From Candidatus Hermodarchaeota archaeon (GTDB lineage: Archaea; Asgardarchaeota; Heimdallarchaeia; Hodarchaeales; Hodarchaeaceae): 32,000 nucleotides of DNA. This document shows, piece by piece, positions 1-10,277 of this stretch (positions are counted from its first letter, which is position 1; each line of letters starts with the position of its first letter). The stretch lies in NCBI GenBank assembly GCA_048886185.1, contig JBHLKY010000002.1, positions 60,001-92,000 on the forward strand, given 5' to 3'. The position numbers were made by a program, and so were the translations under genes. The notes beneath the pieces are model-generated. The model worked only from the letters and a program-made list of their open reading frames with translations. It was not told where the DNA came from and made no database searches.

Positions 1-2171
1 TAGATGTTTATGTATAGATAACTCATACTTGAAACTGTTAAAATGAAAAATTCATCGATTGTTCCATTTACTGTATGCTTGCGTTCGTATTCATCAAACA
101 CAAGTAGAGATGGAAGATTTCCACCGTGGACATACAATTGGTCAATGAACACGGCATCACCAGTTAAATGTACACTGATATTATAGAGTCTATAGGGCTC
201 TAAAAGTAGTGGAATTCCCAAAATTTGATATCCAAACGGATCTTGATCACCTAATGCGATCGAACTAGTGCCACTTATACCTATTTGGGGAATAAAATAT
301 CCATCGCCAATATAGTCTCCCGAAATAAAAGGATGATGATCTGCAGTAACTGAACTTGTTAATGTGAGAGTAGCTGAGTAGTTAACCGTCATAGTATTTG
401 TGTTATCATATGCCTGGTATGGTCTTACAATGACAATAGGTACTTCAGATTTTAATGTGGTTAAATCAGAGTAGATGCCGACATCATCGTAATCCCAAGG
501 ATAAAGTAAACCGCCTGTCTCATAATGCCCTATTTGTATCCATGAGGATGTAGGATAGATTCCTTCTCCATATTTTCCTATTATGCTGTATTCATATAAA
601 ATGGCTTGGTGAATTCTATCAGAAGTTGAGAGATTTATTCGATTATACTGATTTCGCATAATTTGTGGCTCAAAAGCAACAAGGCTATTTGTATTGATAA
701 TCACTGTTTCGGAGTCTGACGCTTCATTTATTGAAATAACATTAAACCTAATCATCGCCTCTGAATTACCTTTATAACGTACGAATACCGAATAATTCCC
801 AGCTGGAATATATCTCCAATTCGTCCCCAGATCTCCTAGAGATTCACCATAAAGCCAACCATATTCTGGATTGAAGTAGTTATCGTTTGTTAGGTATTGT
901 AAATTACCTGTTATTGAATCTTGAAGGTAGAATGAAAGAGAATAATCATCTGTCCAGTTTATCGCAAAAATTGAGGGAGTTATTATGGTGAAGTTATAAA
1001 ATTGATCTTCATCTAAAGAAATGTCTTCATTAAACCTAATTCCATCTGTAGTTTCAGCTTCTTTAGAAATTTCTGTGAAATATAGTGTGTATTCTAGATT
1101 CATTATTCCTATTGCGTGAATTACTAATGAGATATCACCGCTCTTACTCGTTGAAATTAACAATCCATTTTGATCAAGTGAACCAGAGTGGATTTGTACA
1201 TAATCTTCAATAAAATAGAAAAGTAAATCAGAGGGAGGTAACCCCCCAATAGATCCTAAGTGATCTATAGTGTTTAAATACAACTTATAGGACTTTCCTT
1301 CCTCTATTGGTAATGAGAAAATTCTTAAGCTAAATATATTGTTTTCCTCGTATGAAATGAAATCTGTATCTGTGTCTAGATTAAAGATACCACCTTGAGA
1401 AATCTCGCCTGTATAAGAAGTATTTAATTCTATTGTAGGTAGACTTGACGGAAGCTTCATTCGGTGAGGAGTAACTGTCACCAGTGATGTTTCAGACAGG
1501 GTTATTTCAAATGATTGTGTAATGGTCTCATTTTGCGGAAATACTGGATAAGTCATAGATTGATAATTAAGATAGTACATTGATGGTTCTGATTGGGTGA
1601 GCACAACCCATCCAAAGGCATCTTCGTCTCGTAGTTCAATATCTAAAAAGAATGGATCAGTATAATTTATTTGTCCCTTGTATGGAGTGTTTGCTTCTGC
1701 GAGAAATGTGAAAGAATAGTCTATATGGACATTGAAAGGTGTTTTTTGTTTTATCTGATAATCTGCCTCATTTCGGGATTCTGTCCGTACTGCTCGCGGA
1801 TATACTTCTGCATCTAAAAAAGGATTATAGGTCGATTGATAATCATCTGATCTTAAAAAATATCCCATATTTTCGTTTTGGGCTAGATTTGTAGAATATT
1901 CACTAAATCCATAAGATCCTACCTCTGTATAGTATGCTGCTCCTGATACCCCTAGGTATTCAACGTAAGGATAATATGTTCCAGGTTCAATAATGTAATA
2001 ATCCCAGCCTTTATAAAATCGAGGAGTACAGGTTTCACAAATATCCTCAATTTCTATTACTGGAAGTTTTTGATTAGTAGTTGCATGAACTACTGTTGGA
2101 AAGATAAGAAAACTGAATACAAAAACAAGATTAAATGTAACATTCATTTTCAGGAATTGGACTTTTTTCAA
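1..2171 (-). CDS. Large secreted or surface protein, partial (runs off the left edge; at least 723 codons), beta-rich, function unknown
   Basis: Manual translation of the minus strand gives an uninterrupted frame from TTG 2171 (alternative ATG 2147) to the window edge. In-frame TAA upstream at 2196-2198. SD-like GGGG lies 6 nt before the TTG. N-terminus MKKVQFLKMNVTFNLVFVFSFLIFPTVVHA looks like a signal peptide. Tyr/Thr/Ser-rich with several NxS/T sequons. Missing from the ORF track because its stop lies outside the window. Confidence 0.85.
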   Translation of the reverse strand, partial: MKKVQFLKMNVTFNLVFVFSFLIFPTVVHATTNQKLPVIEIEDICETCTPRFYKGWDYYIIEPGTYYPYVEYLGVSGAAYYTEVGSYGFSEYSTNLAQNENMGYFLRSDDYQSTYNPFLDAEVYPRAVRTESRNEADYQIKQKTPFNVHIDYSFTFLAEANTPYKGQINYTDPFFLDIELRDEDAFGWVVLTQSEPSMYYLNYQSMTYPVFPQNETITQSFEITLSETSLVTVTPHRMKLPSSLPTIELNTSYTGEISQGGIFNLDTDTDFISYEENNIFSLRIFSLPIEEGKSYKLYLNTIDHLGSIGGLPPSDLLFYFIEDYVQIHSGSLDQNGLLISTSKSGDISLVIHAIGIMNLEYTLYFTEISKEAETTDGIRFNEDISLDEDQFYNFTIITPSIFAINWTDDYSLSFYLQDSITGNLQYLTNDNYFNPEYGWLYGESLGDLGTNWRYIPAGNYSVFVRYKGNSEAMIRFNVISINEASDSETVIINTNSLVAFEPQIMRNQYNRINLSTSDRIHQAILYEYSIIGKYGEGIYPTSSWIQIGHYETGGLLYPWDYDDVGIYSDLTTLKSEVPIVIVRPYQAYDNTNTMTVNYSATLTLTSSVTADHHPFISGDYIGDGYFIPQIGISGTSSIALGDQDPFGYQILGIPLLLEPYRLYNISVHLTGDAVFIDQLYVHGGNLPSLLVFDEYERKHTVNGTIDEFFILTVSSMSYLYINI

Positions 2172-2446
2172 TTCGATCCCCTTCTTAATACGTGTTTAAA
2201 ATTAAGTGTAATTCAAGATTTTTATTTTACCGCCTTTACCTGAATTACACAGATTTAAATCGGAAAATGGTTGTTTAGTTTCCCTTTCTCTTAATTGTCA
2301 CTAGTTTTTCTTATTAAAATCTTAAAAGGAAACTTATAAAATAGAAACAATTAATTTGTTTTTAAACTTTCAGCTTGTTACTAACTGAAATTCTGTATAA
2401 ACTACTTTGGTTTTTTGCGGAAAATTTTCCAAATGAGGGGTAAAAG
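2172..2446. promoter_or_regulatory. Divergent promoter region between two surface-protein genes
   Basis: AT-rich non-coding interval with TATA-like hexamers (e.g. CTTATAAA 2333-2340). SD-like GAGGGG at 2435-2440 (6 nt before TTG 2447) and GGGG on the minus strand at 2181-2178 (6 nt before TTG 2171). Confidence 0.6.
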
Positions 2447-5400
2447 TTGGTGTTCTTTGTTTTTCGTGGAATAAATCGACATATAATATTGCGTATAGTT
2501 CTAGTCCTGTTATTTATGAGTTCTATTTCACCAAAAATCATTCAAACTTTTAAATCAATTGACATTGTGGAAGAAAGAATTTTTATAAGTGTTCCTAGAT
2601 TGATGGAGTCTTCTACAGATTTAGAAAACCAAAATATTGACAAATCAACTCCCACTCAAGATCAACTTTCATTTAATTCTGAAAATCAAATCTCCACCCC
2701 CCTGAATGGTTTGGAACACCGAATGATAATGAATACCCAAAATTCATTGGATAATGCCTCAATTCTAATTCTGCAATACGATGCTACTCATCAGACGGAC
2801 CTTGAGACATGTCTCAGAAATTCTGGCAATTATGTTGAAAAAATGAGTAAAGGGAATTATTCAGAAAAATTTGTATCATTAGAATACTTGAAGACTTTCG
2901 ACCTCGTATTTATTCTTCGTCCAGTATGGCTATACTGGACAAGAGTCGAATTACTGGCACTTGAGGATTATTTCACCTCTGGAGGATGGATTATCCAAAT
3001 GGGAATTGAAAATCTAAATTGTACTTATAACAAATGGTTACAGAATATTGGGATGAGTGAGTGGGGAGGATACACCTCTTCTGCTTATACAAATAATTTT
3101 AACACAGTTGATTTCAGTGAACTCTTTATAGGTGGAGTATCACAATTATATTTTAGCGATTGTGTGACTTTCCAAACCTCTAGTACCTATCAACCTGTTG
3201 TTTGGGATCAAACTGGTACATATACCTTAGTAGGTGCGATACAAAGGCTTGGAACCCTCATAACCATTAGTGGTAGTTTTGAATACAATATTTATGTTTC
3301 TGATAACACGATTTTCTTAGATAATATAATTGAAACTGCTAAAACACAGATAAAGGAAGGAGTACTGCTTACTCCCTCAAATCTTTTTTCTCGAGAATCT
3401 ACTCATAATTTAACATGGTATAGCAGCCTTAATGATTCTGTATCTGTTGATTATTTTGAGCTCTGGTTGAATGAGATCAATCTAGGAACCACATCAAGTT
3501 CGTGGATTCTGTTAACAAATTTAGTCACAGGTTATCACAATGTCACTATTCAGCTTATTGATAATCACACAAGAACATTTAAAGACTCAAAGACACTTAT
3601 TGTGGATTTCACTCCCCCAGATATCATTGACTTCTGGCCTGAAGAAAATTCTATAATAACTCAACGCTATCTTGGGATAAGATGGAACTCATCAGATAAT
3701 TTGTCGGGAATTGTTCATAGTATCGTATTAATGAAGAAACCAAGTAATCAATCATATGAGGGCCTCTACATTAATCCTACAGATCATCAAAATCAAGCCC
3801 ATGCAGTATTTACAGAAGATGGTGTACATATCTTCAATATCAGTGTATTTGATTGGGCGGGAAATGTCGCGAATGTTAGCTTCAAGCTGATTGTCGATTT
3901 CACTGCAGTTGGATTTATCAGAACTCATTATGAAAGCAGTCTCTCCAGTATTTGGAATTATTGTGCAAACCAACAAGCTTTTGTTGAATATCTTTCATAT
4001 AATGTGCCCGTTACTTATGAATGGCTGATGATGTTTGACCTAGTGTTCGTAGGATATGGGGGATCTTCACCTTGGAGTGTTAGCGAATTAATAGCCCTTG
4101 AAGATTACATCAATTCAGGTGGATGTGTTGTTTATATTCATCGGGATTATTATGATCCTCCATTATTACCCTGGTTGAGTTCTCTCGGTATAACAAAGGT
4201 AGATAATGGCCCAGGATCCCAATATACTACCACTTTTCTTCACTCCCATCCATTATTTTCAAATGTCAGTCAAATCTACTTGTATTCTGCCTACGACTCA
4301 TGGGATCTTACAGGCGATGCTTATCCCATTGCATGGAGCCAAGACGGATTGTATCCATTAATAGTAATGAAAGAGAAGATAGGTTCATTAATCGTTATAG
4401 CAGGAGACCTTGATTATCGATTATATTATGCTGATAATTATGATTTACTGATCAATATTTTAGATCTATCAGAAAACCAAACCAAGGAAGGTATCGCATT
4501 GAGATATTCATCATTAATCAGCAATTCTATTGATCCTACCGTATTATGGTTTTCAAACCTTATTAACACCACAGTGGATCATTATGAGGTTTTCATTGAC
4601 AACATCTCCCAAGGAACTACTTTAGATCAACGTTGGAATTTCACAAGCATCTCAGAAGGAGTGCATAATGTAACAATTGTTTTACACGACAATGCCTCTC
4701 GTACCTTCACTGATACACAAAATCTAGTAGTTGATTTAACATCACCAGAGATTACATTATATCAACTATCTGACGGCACAACAATTAATACTACCTATGC
4801 ATCAGTTTCATGGAAATGTTCAGATAATTTATCGGGTATTTCTGAAGTAAAAGCATATTTAAAGAACCCCGCTAATACTAGCTGGACTGAATTATGGATT
4901 GACCCCTATTCTGCTAATTACACAGATCTTTACTTTCCTGAACCCGGTGATTATCTAATTAAAATTAGTGTATGGGACAAAGCTGGTAATCAAAAAGATG
5001 AGATAATCTCTCTGATTGTTGAATTCCTCATGGTCGGTTTTATATGGACACATGATGAATCATCTCTAGGGAATATTAGAAGCTTCTGTCAAAATCAAGG
5101 ATACATGACTGAATACCTTTATTATGGTGATATTGTAACAAGAGAGTGGTTAGATAGATTCAATATAGTTTTTATTGGTTATGGGGGCTATACAACGTGG
5201 TCAAGTACCGAACTCACAGCTCTTGAAGATTATTTGAATTCAGGAGGATATATCGTCTATATTCATCGGGACTATTATGATCCTCCATTATTACCCTGGT
5301 TGAGTTCCCTTGGTATTACAAAGGTAGATAATGGCCCAGGATCCCACTATACTACCACTTTTCTTCACTCCCATCCATTATTTTCAAATGTCAGTCAAAT

Positions 5401-8400
5401 CTATTTATATTCTGCGTACAACTCATGGGATCTTACAGGAGACGCTTATCCCATTGTATGGAGCGAGGACGGACTCTATCCACTTGTTGGAATAGTTGAA
5501 CGAATGGGTTCCTTAATTGTTATTGCTGGAGACTTAGATTATCGATTATATTATGCAGATAATGAGAAGTTTTTAGATAATCTTCTAGCTCAAGCCAGTA
5601 AAGGGTGTGGTGAGGGGATCGCCCTGAAATACTCTGATTTAATCACAAATTCCACCTCTCCAACGATTTCTTGGTGTTGGTATTTAGAAAATTCATCCTT
5701 CGACTATGTCGATATTTATTTAGATCAAATTTTTCAAGGCAGTTCGGTAAGCAATAACTTTAACCTAAGTACTTTGTCAGAAGGTGTCTACAATCTGACA
5801 GTTCGCCTTTATGACAATATTTCGAGAAGTTTTGTAGACTCTAATGACTTGATTATCGATTTAACGGAACCAATGGTATTTAATTATCCGATTACTAATG
5901 AATCAATTGTGACTTCTGGAAGAATTTATTTTGGTTGGAACACATCAGATAATTTGTCAGGGATCGCTGAAGAAAAACTGTACTGGAAAACTCCTTTTAA
6001 TCAGAGCTGGGATGAGATATGGTTGGACCCCCAATTCTACTACCCCTATTACACTGAGCTGTGTTTTTCTGAGAAAGGAGAATATATACTCAAAATTAGC
6101 ATATGGGATCATGCGGGAAATCGTAAGGATGAAATAATTATCTTTACCGTCGATCTTTTAATGGTCGGTTTTATCATGACACACGACGAAGCATCATTGT
6201 GGAATATCAGAGATTACTGTATTAATCAAGGATACATAACTGAAGATCTTTATTACGGTACTACTGTAACAAGAGAGTGGTTAGATAGGTTTGATATTGT
6301 TTTTATTGGTTATGGGGGCTATACACCGTGGTCAAGTACCGAACTCACAGCGCTTGAAGATTATCTGAATTCTGGAGGGAATATCGTCTATATCCACTAT
6401 GATTATTACGATCCACCATTATTACCCTGGTTGAGTTCTCTTGGTATTACGAAGGTAGATAATGGCCCAGGATCCCACTATACTACCACTTTTCTTCACT
6501 CCCATCCATTATTCTCAGATATCAGCCAAATTTATTTATATTACGCGTATGACTCATGGGATCTTACAGGAGACGCTTATCCCATTGTATGGAGCGAGGA
6601 CGGACTATATCAACTCATTGGTATTATTGAACGAATGGGTTCCTTGATTGTTATTGCTGGAAACTTTGATAATCGATTATATTATGCAGAAAACTATGAA
6701 TTTTTAGCAAATATATTTCAATATGCCACTCTAGGGCCTCGTGAAGGGATTTCAATTTCCTATGAAACGTTGATCTCTAACACTTCTTTCCCAACAATCT
6801 CATGGTTATGGAACCTAGAAAATACCTCTCTTGAATACTTCGAAGTATATATAGACAGTAATTACCTTGGAAATACAATAGAAACAAATTGGACCTTTTC
6901 ATCTTTATCCGAGGGAGTATACAACGTTACAATAATCCTGGTTGATAATATGACACATCAATTTTCAGACTCAGAATATCTAATAGTCGATAAGACAGCC
7001 CCAAACATTCTGACATCTAAGCAGGATGGAGATACAATTGGCGTAAATCAACTATTTTTCGATTGGAATTCCACAGATGAGTCATCAGGAATTTTTAAGG
7101 AGAAGATTTACTGGAAGACACCATTTAATGCGTCTTGGAATGAACTCTGGTATGATCCTTATATGGGATCTTCTATTACCTTATATTTTCCTGAGAATGG
7201 TAATTATGAAATTAAAATAAGTGCGTGGGATCAAGCAGGGAATCGGAAAGACGAAATTATTAGATTGACAGTTGAAATGATGAATATTGGCTTTATCAGC
7301 TCTCATGGAGAGGATAATCTTGATAATATTCGGTATTACTGTCAAAATCTTGGTGCTTTGACAGACACTCTTTATAGTAGTGATGTTTCATTTGAATGGC
7401 TAATCCAGTTTGATGTTGTCTTCATCGGTTATTCAGGTTATGAAGATTGGACAAACGCGGAGTTGGAAGCGTTAAACGATTATTATTATTTTGGTGGGTG
7501 GATTGTGTTCATTCACCGAGAGAATTATGATACCCCACTTGAAGAATGGCTTCAACAGAAAGGATTCACTCTCTCAGATCAAGGACCAGGATCTTTATGG
7601 ACAAACAATACTGATCAATCCCACCCATTATGTTTAGGGATAAATGATCTTTATTTCTATCGTGTTTATGCAAGCTGGTCACTTTCAGGACTAGTTACCC
7701 CAATAGTCTGGTCTTCTGATGGACAGTATACGATTGTAGGAATTCTAGACGAAGCAGGGAGTATCGTTGGTATTTCAGGCGACATAGAACGTTATGTATA
7801 TGATTATGATAATGACCTTTTCATTTCAAATATTTTGAATGAAGCAAAAATAAGTACGAAAGGAGGAATAATTCCGCATGGCGCTTCAATTCAATACATC
7901 AATCAAAATACCTTTCAGTTATCATGGCGGGCTTATCCTCCAAAGAATTCCAGTATAGACATTTTTGAAGTTTATGTAAATAGTACTCTTTTAGGTACAA
8001 CTAATGAGCAATTCTGGGATTTTTCAGATTTAATTGAAACTACCTACAATATTACGATAATTATGGTATTAGATAACTTTGAAAGAAAATCTGGACACAT
8101 TACTCTTATTGTAGATACAAGCGATCCAATTATACAAATTACTGACCCTTCAGATGGTGCTAAAATCAACCAAAAACTAATTCAGCTAAGATGGAATGTA
8201 ATAGACCAAAATCCTGAATCAATTTCATTTCGTGTTGAAATTTGGAACCCATCAGAGAATAAATGGGATGTCTTAGTTATAACAAATGAATTGTATGCTG
8301 ATATAGAAGTACAAAAGGTTGGTATGTGCCAAATAAGAGTTACTGGTATTGATATGGCTAAAAATCAAGGATTTGATGAAGTTACTCTTGATATAACTTT

Positions 8401-9409
8401 ATTAAAGGCTCTTTTAATCACATCGCATGGAGAACAGATTCCTCTAGAATTATACAATTATTATACAGAATATATGATCATTGAAACCATAAGAACAGAG
8501 CTAGATACGACTGATCTTGTAGGAGTAGCATTGGTCATCATTCCTTATGGAGGAGAGGATGAGTGGGATTCTTCAGAGATAAAGAGTCTCGCCACATATA
8601 TAATGAGTGGGGGAAAAGTATTGATATTTGGGCCTTATCTGCCTCAATCTTTGGCGAACCTTTTAGTAGAATATAATCTAGAATTCCACTCAGGAGTCTC
8701 GTATGACGAAGCTGTCACAAAATCTTATGATTTATCCCATCCACTTTTTGATAACATCAATGAATTCTATCTCCCATCAGGAATGGGTCATTTAAGTGTT
8801 ACAGAGAGTTCAAAACGACTTGTATCAACAACAGGAGGAGATTATATCGTCATCGGATTATATGAAGATAAAGGTGCAATTTTGGCAATTGCTTGTCCCT
8901 TACAAAACTCCATTCACAATAAAGACGTTAGGCAATTTTTCTATAATATACTTGTTTGGGTGGGACTAAATAATCCTTCAATGATCAATCTGATCCCCTC
9001 GGTAAGAGTAATCTCCCCAAATGGAGGAGAAATGTTTCGCGGAAATATAAGTATAACCTGGAATGCGAACGATCCAGAAAATGAGTTACTGACCTTTACT
9101 CTTGAAGTGTGGGATGGAACTACATGGAGCCGAATTACGAGTGGACTGACCACAAATGAATATCTCTGGGATTCTTCAACACTTCCAGATGGGATTGACA
9201 TTTACAAAATCAGAATTACGGCATCTGATGGAATTAATTCAGCTCAAGATGAAAGCGATAACTTTTTCTCCATAGAAAACAAGACTGGTAAATCTGGTTC
9301 TGGCTTTCACATACACCTAACTATCCTGATACTGCTTCTTATCCCAATTCTCAGTCGTAGGAATTTTAGAAGGAAATTTATCAGTTTGAAAAAAAAGAAT
9401 ACTGATTAG
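2447..9409 (+). CDS. Giant cell-surface glycoprotein: signal peptide, five [GATase-like/GIFT-DUF4350 domain + two Ig-like domains] modules, sixth GIFT-like domain, terminal Ig-like domain, C-terminal TM anchor
   Basis: 2320 aa ORF with a hydrophobic N-terminus. Recurring motif FDxVFxGY...W...ELxALEDY..SGG.(V/I)V.I...HPLF, typical of DUF4350/GIFT-like domains. Ig-like repeats (vDxTxP...W...SDNLSGI...G...I.I..WD.AGN). Terminal SPNGGE Ig-like module. SGF + hydrophobic helix + RRNFRRK tail. Many NxS/T sequons. Confidence 0.85.
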   Translation: MVFFVFRGINRHIILRIVLVLLFMSSISPKIIQTFKSIDIVEERIFISVPRLMESSTDLENQNIDKSTPTQDQLSFNSENQISTPLNGLEHRMIMNTQNSLDNASILILQYDATHQTDLETCLRNSGNYVEKMSKGNYSEKFVSLEYLKTFDLVFILRPVWLYWTRVELLALEDYFTSGGWIIQMGIENLNCTYNKWLQNIGMSEWGGYTSSAYTNNFNTVDFSELFIGGVSQLYFSDCVTFQTSSTYQPVVWDQTGTYTLVGAIQRLGTLITISGSFEYNIYVSDNTIFLDNIIETAKTQIKEGVLLTPSNLFSRESTHNLTWYSSLNDSVSVDYFELWLNEINLGTTSSSWILLTNLVTGYHNVTIQLIDNHTRTFKDSKTLIVDFTPPDIIDFWPEENSIITQRYLGIRWNSSDNLSGIVHSIVLMKKPSNQSYEGLYINPTDHQNQAHAVFTEDGVHIFNISVFDWAGNVANVSFKLIVDFTAVGFIRTHYESSLSSIWNYCANQQAFVEYLSYNVPVTYEWLMMFDLVFVGYGGSSPWSVSELIALEDYINSGGCVVYIHRDYYDPPLLPWLSSLGITKVDNGPGSQYTTTFLHSHPLFSNVSQIYLYSAYDSWDLTGDAYPIAWSQDGLYPLIVMKEKIGSLIVIAGDLDYRLYYADNYDLLINILDLSENQTKEGIALRYSSLISNSIDPTVLWFSNLINTTVDHYEVFIDNISQGTTLDQRWNFTSISEGVHNVTIVLHDNASRTFTDTQNLVVDLTSPEITLYQLSDGTTINTTYASVSWKCSDNLSGISEVKAYLKNPANTSWTELWIDPYSANYTDLYFPEPGDYLIKISVWDKAGNQKDEIISLIVEFLMVGFIWTHDESSLGNIRSFCQNQGYMTEYLYYGDIVTREWLDRFNIVFIGYGGYTTWSSTELTALEDYLNSGGYIVYIHRDYYDPPLLPWLSSLGITKVDNGPGSHYTTTFLHSHPLFSNVSQIYLYSAYNSWDLTGDAYPIVWSEDGLYPLVGIVERMGSLIVIAGDLDYRLYYADNEKFLDNLLAQASKGCGEGIALKYSDLITNSTSPTISWCWYLENSSFDYVDIYLDQIFQGSSVSNNFNLSTLSEGVYNLTVRLYDNISRSFVDSNDLIIDLTEPMVFNYPITNESIVTSGRIYFGWNTSDNLSGIAEEKLYWKTPFNQSWDEIWLDPQFYYPYYTELCFSEKGEYILKISIWDHAGNRKDEIIIFTVDLLMVGFIMTHDEASLWNIRDYCINQGYITEDLYYGTTVTREWLDRFDIVFIGYGGYTPWSSTELTALEDYLNSGGNIVYIHYDYYDPPLLPWLSSLGITKVDNGPGSHYTTTFLHSHPLFSDISQIYLYYAYDSWDLTGDAYPIVWSEDGLYQLIGIIERMGSLIVIAGNFDNRLYYAENYEFLANIFQYATLGPREGISISYETLISNTSFPTISWLWNLENTSLEYFEVYIDSNYLGNTIETNWTFSSLSEGVYNVTIILVDNMTHQFSDSEYLIVDKTAPNILTSKQDGDTIGVNQLFFDWNSTDESSGIFKEKIYWKTPFNASWNELWYDPYMGSSITLYFPENGNYEIKISAWDQAGNRKDEIIRLTVEMMNIGFISSHGEDNLDNIRYYCQNLGALTDTLYSSDVSFEWLIQFDVVFIGYSGYEDWTNAELEALNDYYYFGGWIVFIHRENYDTPLEEWLQQKGFTLSDQGPGSLWTNNTDQSHPLCLGINDLYFYRVYASWSLSGLVTPIVWSSDGQYTIVGILDEAGSIVGISGDIERYVYDYDNDLFISNILNEAKISTKGGIIPHGASIQYINQNTFQLSWRAYPPKNSSIDIFEVYVNSTLLGTTNEQFWDFSDLIETTYNITIIMVLDNFERKSGHITLIVDTSDPIIQITDPSDGAKINQKLIQLRWNVIDQNPESISFRVEIWNPSENKWDVLVITNELYADIEVQKVGMCQIRVTGIDMAKNQGFDEVTLDITLLKALLITSHGEQIPLELYNYYTEYMIIETIRTELDTTDLVGVALVIIPYGGEDEWDSSEIKSLATYIMSGGKVLIFGPYLPQSLANLLVEYNLEFHSGVSYDEAVTKSYDLSHPLFDNINEFYLPSGMGHLSVTESSKRLVSTTGGDYIVIGLYEDKGAILAIACPLQNSIHNKDVRQFFYNILVWVGLNNPSMINLIPSVRVISPNGGEMFRGNISITWNANDPENELLTFTLEVWDGTTWSRITSGLTTNEYLWDSSTLPDGIDIYKIRITASDGINSAQDESDNFFSIENKTGKSGSGFHIHLTILILLLIPILSRRNFRRKFISLKKKNTD
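2759..8970 (+). repeat. Six intragenic modules, period about 1122-1146 nt (374-382 aa), starting near 2759, 3905, 5030, 6161, 7283 and 8405
   Basis: Module starts align: ILILQYDATH / VGFIRTHYE / VGFIWTHDE / VGFIMTHDE / IGFISSHGE / ALLITSHGE. Near-identical DNA cores at 4136-4339, 5261-5464 and 6392-6595. Confidence 0.9.
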
Positions 9410-9519
9410 GCACTCCTAGCTCACAGGAAACAATCATGCTTATTATCTAAGAATTTACTCTCCTATTTATGTCAGAAAGGTATAGTTTTTAAAATTATAA
9501 GTATCCCTTTCTTGCATAT

Positions 9520-10161
9520 TTATACTAATTTTTTACCAATATAATTGATTTCACCCAGGATATAATCCACTTTTCCTTTTTCATACCGATAAAGCATACC
9601 CTTTTCCTTATGGAGGAGCTCAAAATTCGAAAAATACGCATCTGCTTCATTATCCGTGTGAAAAGAATGGAGACCGGTTTCATTGTTCCCTATAGGTAAT
9701 TTATATTCTCCTTTACCTATCATTTCCCCTCTATCACCAATTTCTGAATCTTCAGAGCCAAAATTAACAAAGCATAACCCATTTGGGGCGAGAACTCTTT
9801 CTATTTCTTTCATTGCTTGATTGATGTCTTTCTTTGACATATGCATAATCGTGTTATAGGAGTATATAAAGGGAAAACTACCATCCTCAAATTCTAGTCT
9901 TCTCATATCACCCAGTTTGATGTTTAGGTTTATATTTAGATTATTCCTTCTACAGAATTCTTCTGCATTCTTGATAGCATGTTCGTTATTATCTATCCCA
10001 AAGGTTTTATAGCCATATTGATAGAAAAGATACAGAGATGGTTGTCTTCCACCAGCTCCACAATCAAGAACTTTTCTTTCTAAGTTTGTTTTGTTACATA
10101 AACGTAAAAATTCGTACAAAGGTGTGGCTCGTGAAACAAATTCCATCCTATCATCCACCAC
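9520..10161 (-). CDS. Class I SAM-dependent methyltransferase
   Basis: Motif I VLDCGAGG, acidic end of strand 2 (FGIDNN), GDMRRLEFEDGSF and RVLAPNG post-motifs. Start uncertain (GTG 10161 or ATG 10146). Confidence 0.9.
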   Translation of the reverse strand: MVDDRMEFVSRATPLYEFLRLCNKTNLERKVLDCGAGGRQPSLYLFYQYGYKTFGIDNNEHAIKNAEEFCRRNNLNINLNIKLGDMRRLEFEDGSFPFIYSYNTIMHMSKKDINQAMKEIERVLAPNGLCFVNFGSEDSEIGDRGEMIGKGEYKLPIGNNETGLHSFHTDNEADAYFSNFELLHKEKGMLYRYEKGKVDYILGEINYIGKKLV

Positions 10162-10277
10162 TTGTCACTAATCATCCAATCTTATCAATGTTGAAGAATC
10201 GTTTTTTTAAGGTGAAATCCTACACTTCATCAATTCACGATTCAGTTTATTACTAAATCGTTATCTTAAAAAATTTT

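Noticed and set aside
4136-6595. Diversity-generating retroelement template/variable repeat pair
   Set aside because: The differences are mainly synonymous third-position changes, not adenine-specific; all copies are in frame in one gene; no reverse transcriptase is in the window.
9474-9512. Inverted repeat AGAAAGG...CCTTTCT between convergent genes as a terminator
   Set aside because: Only 7 bp with an irregular AT-rich interior; expected by chance.
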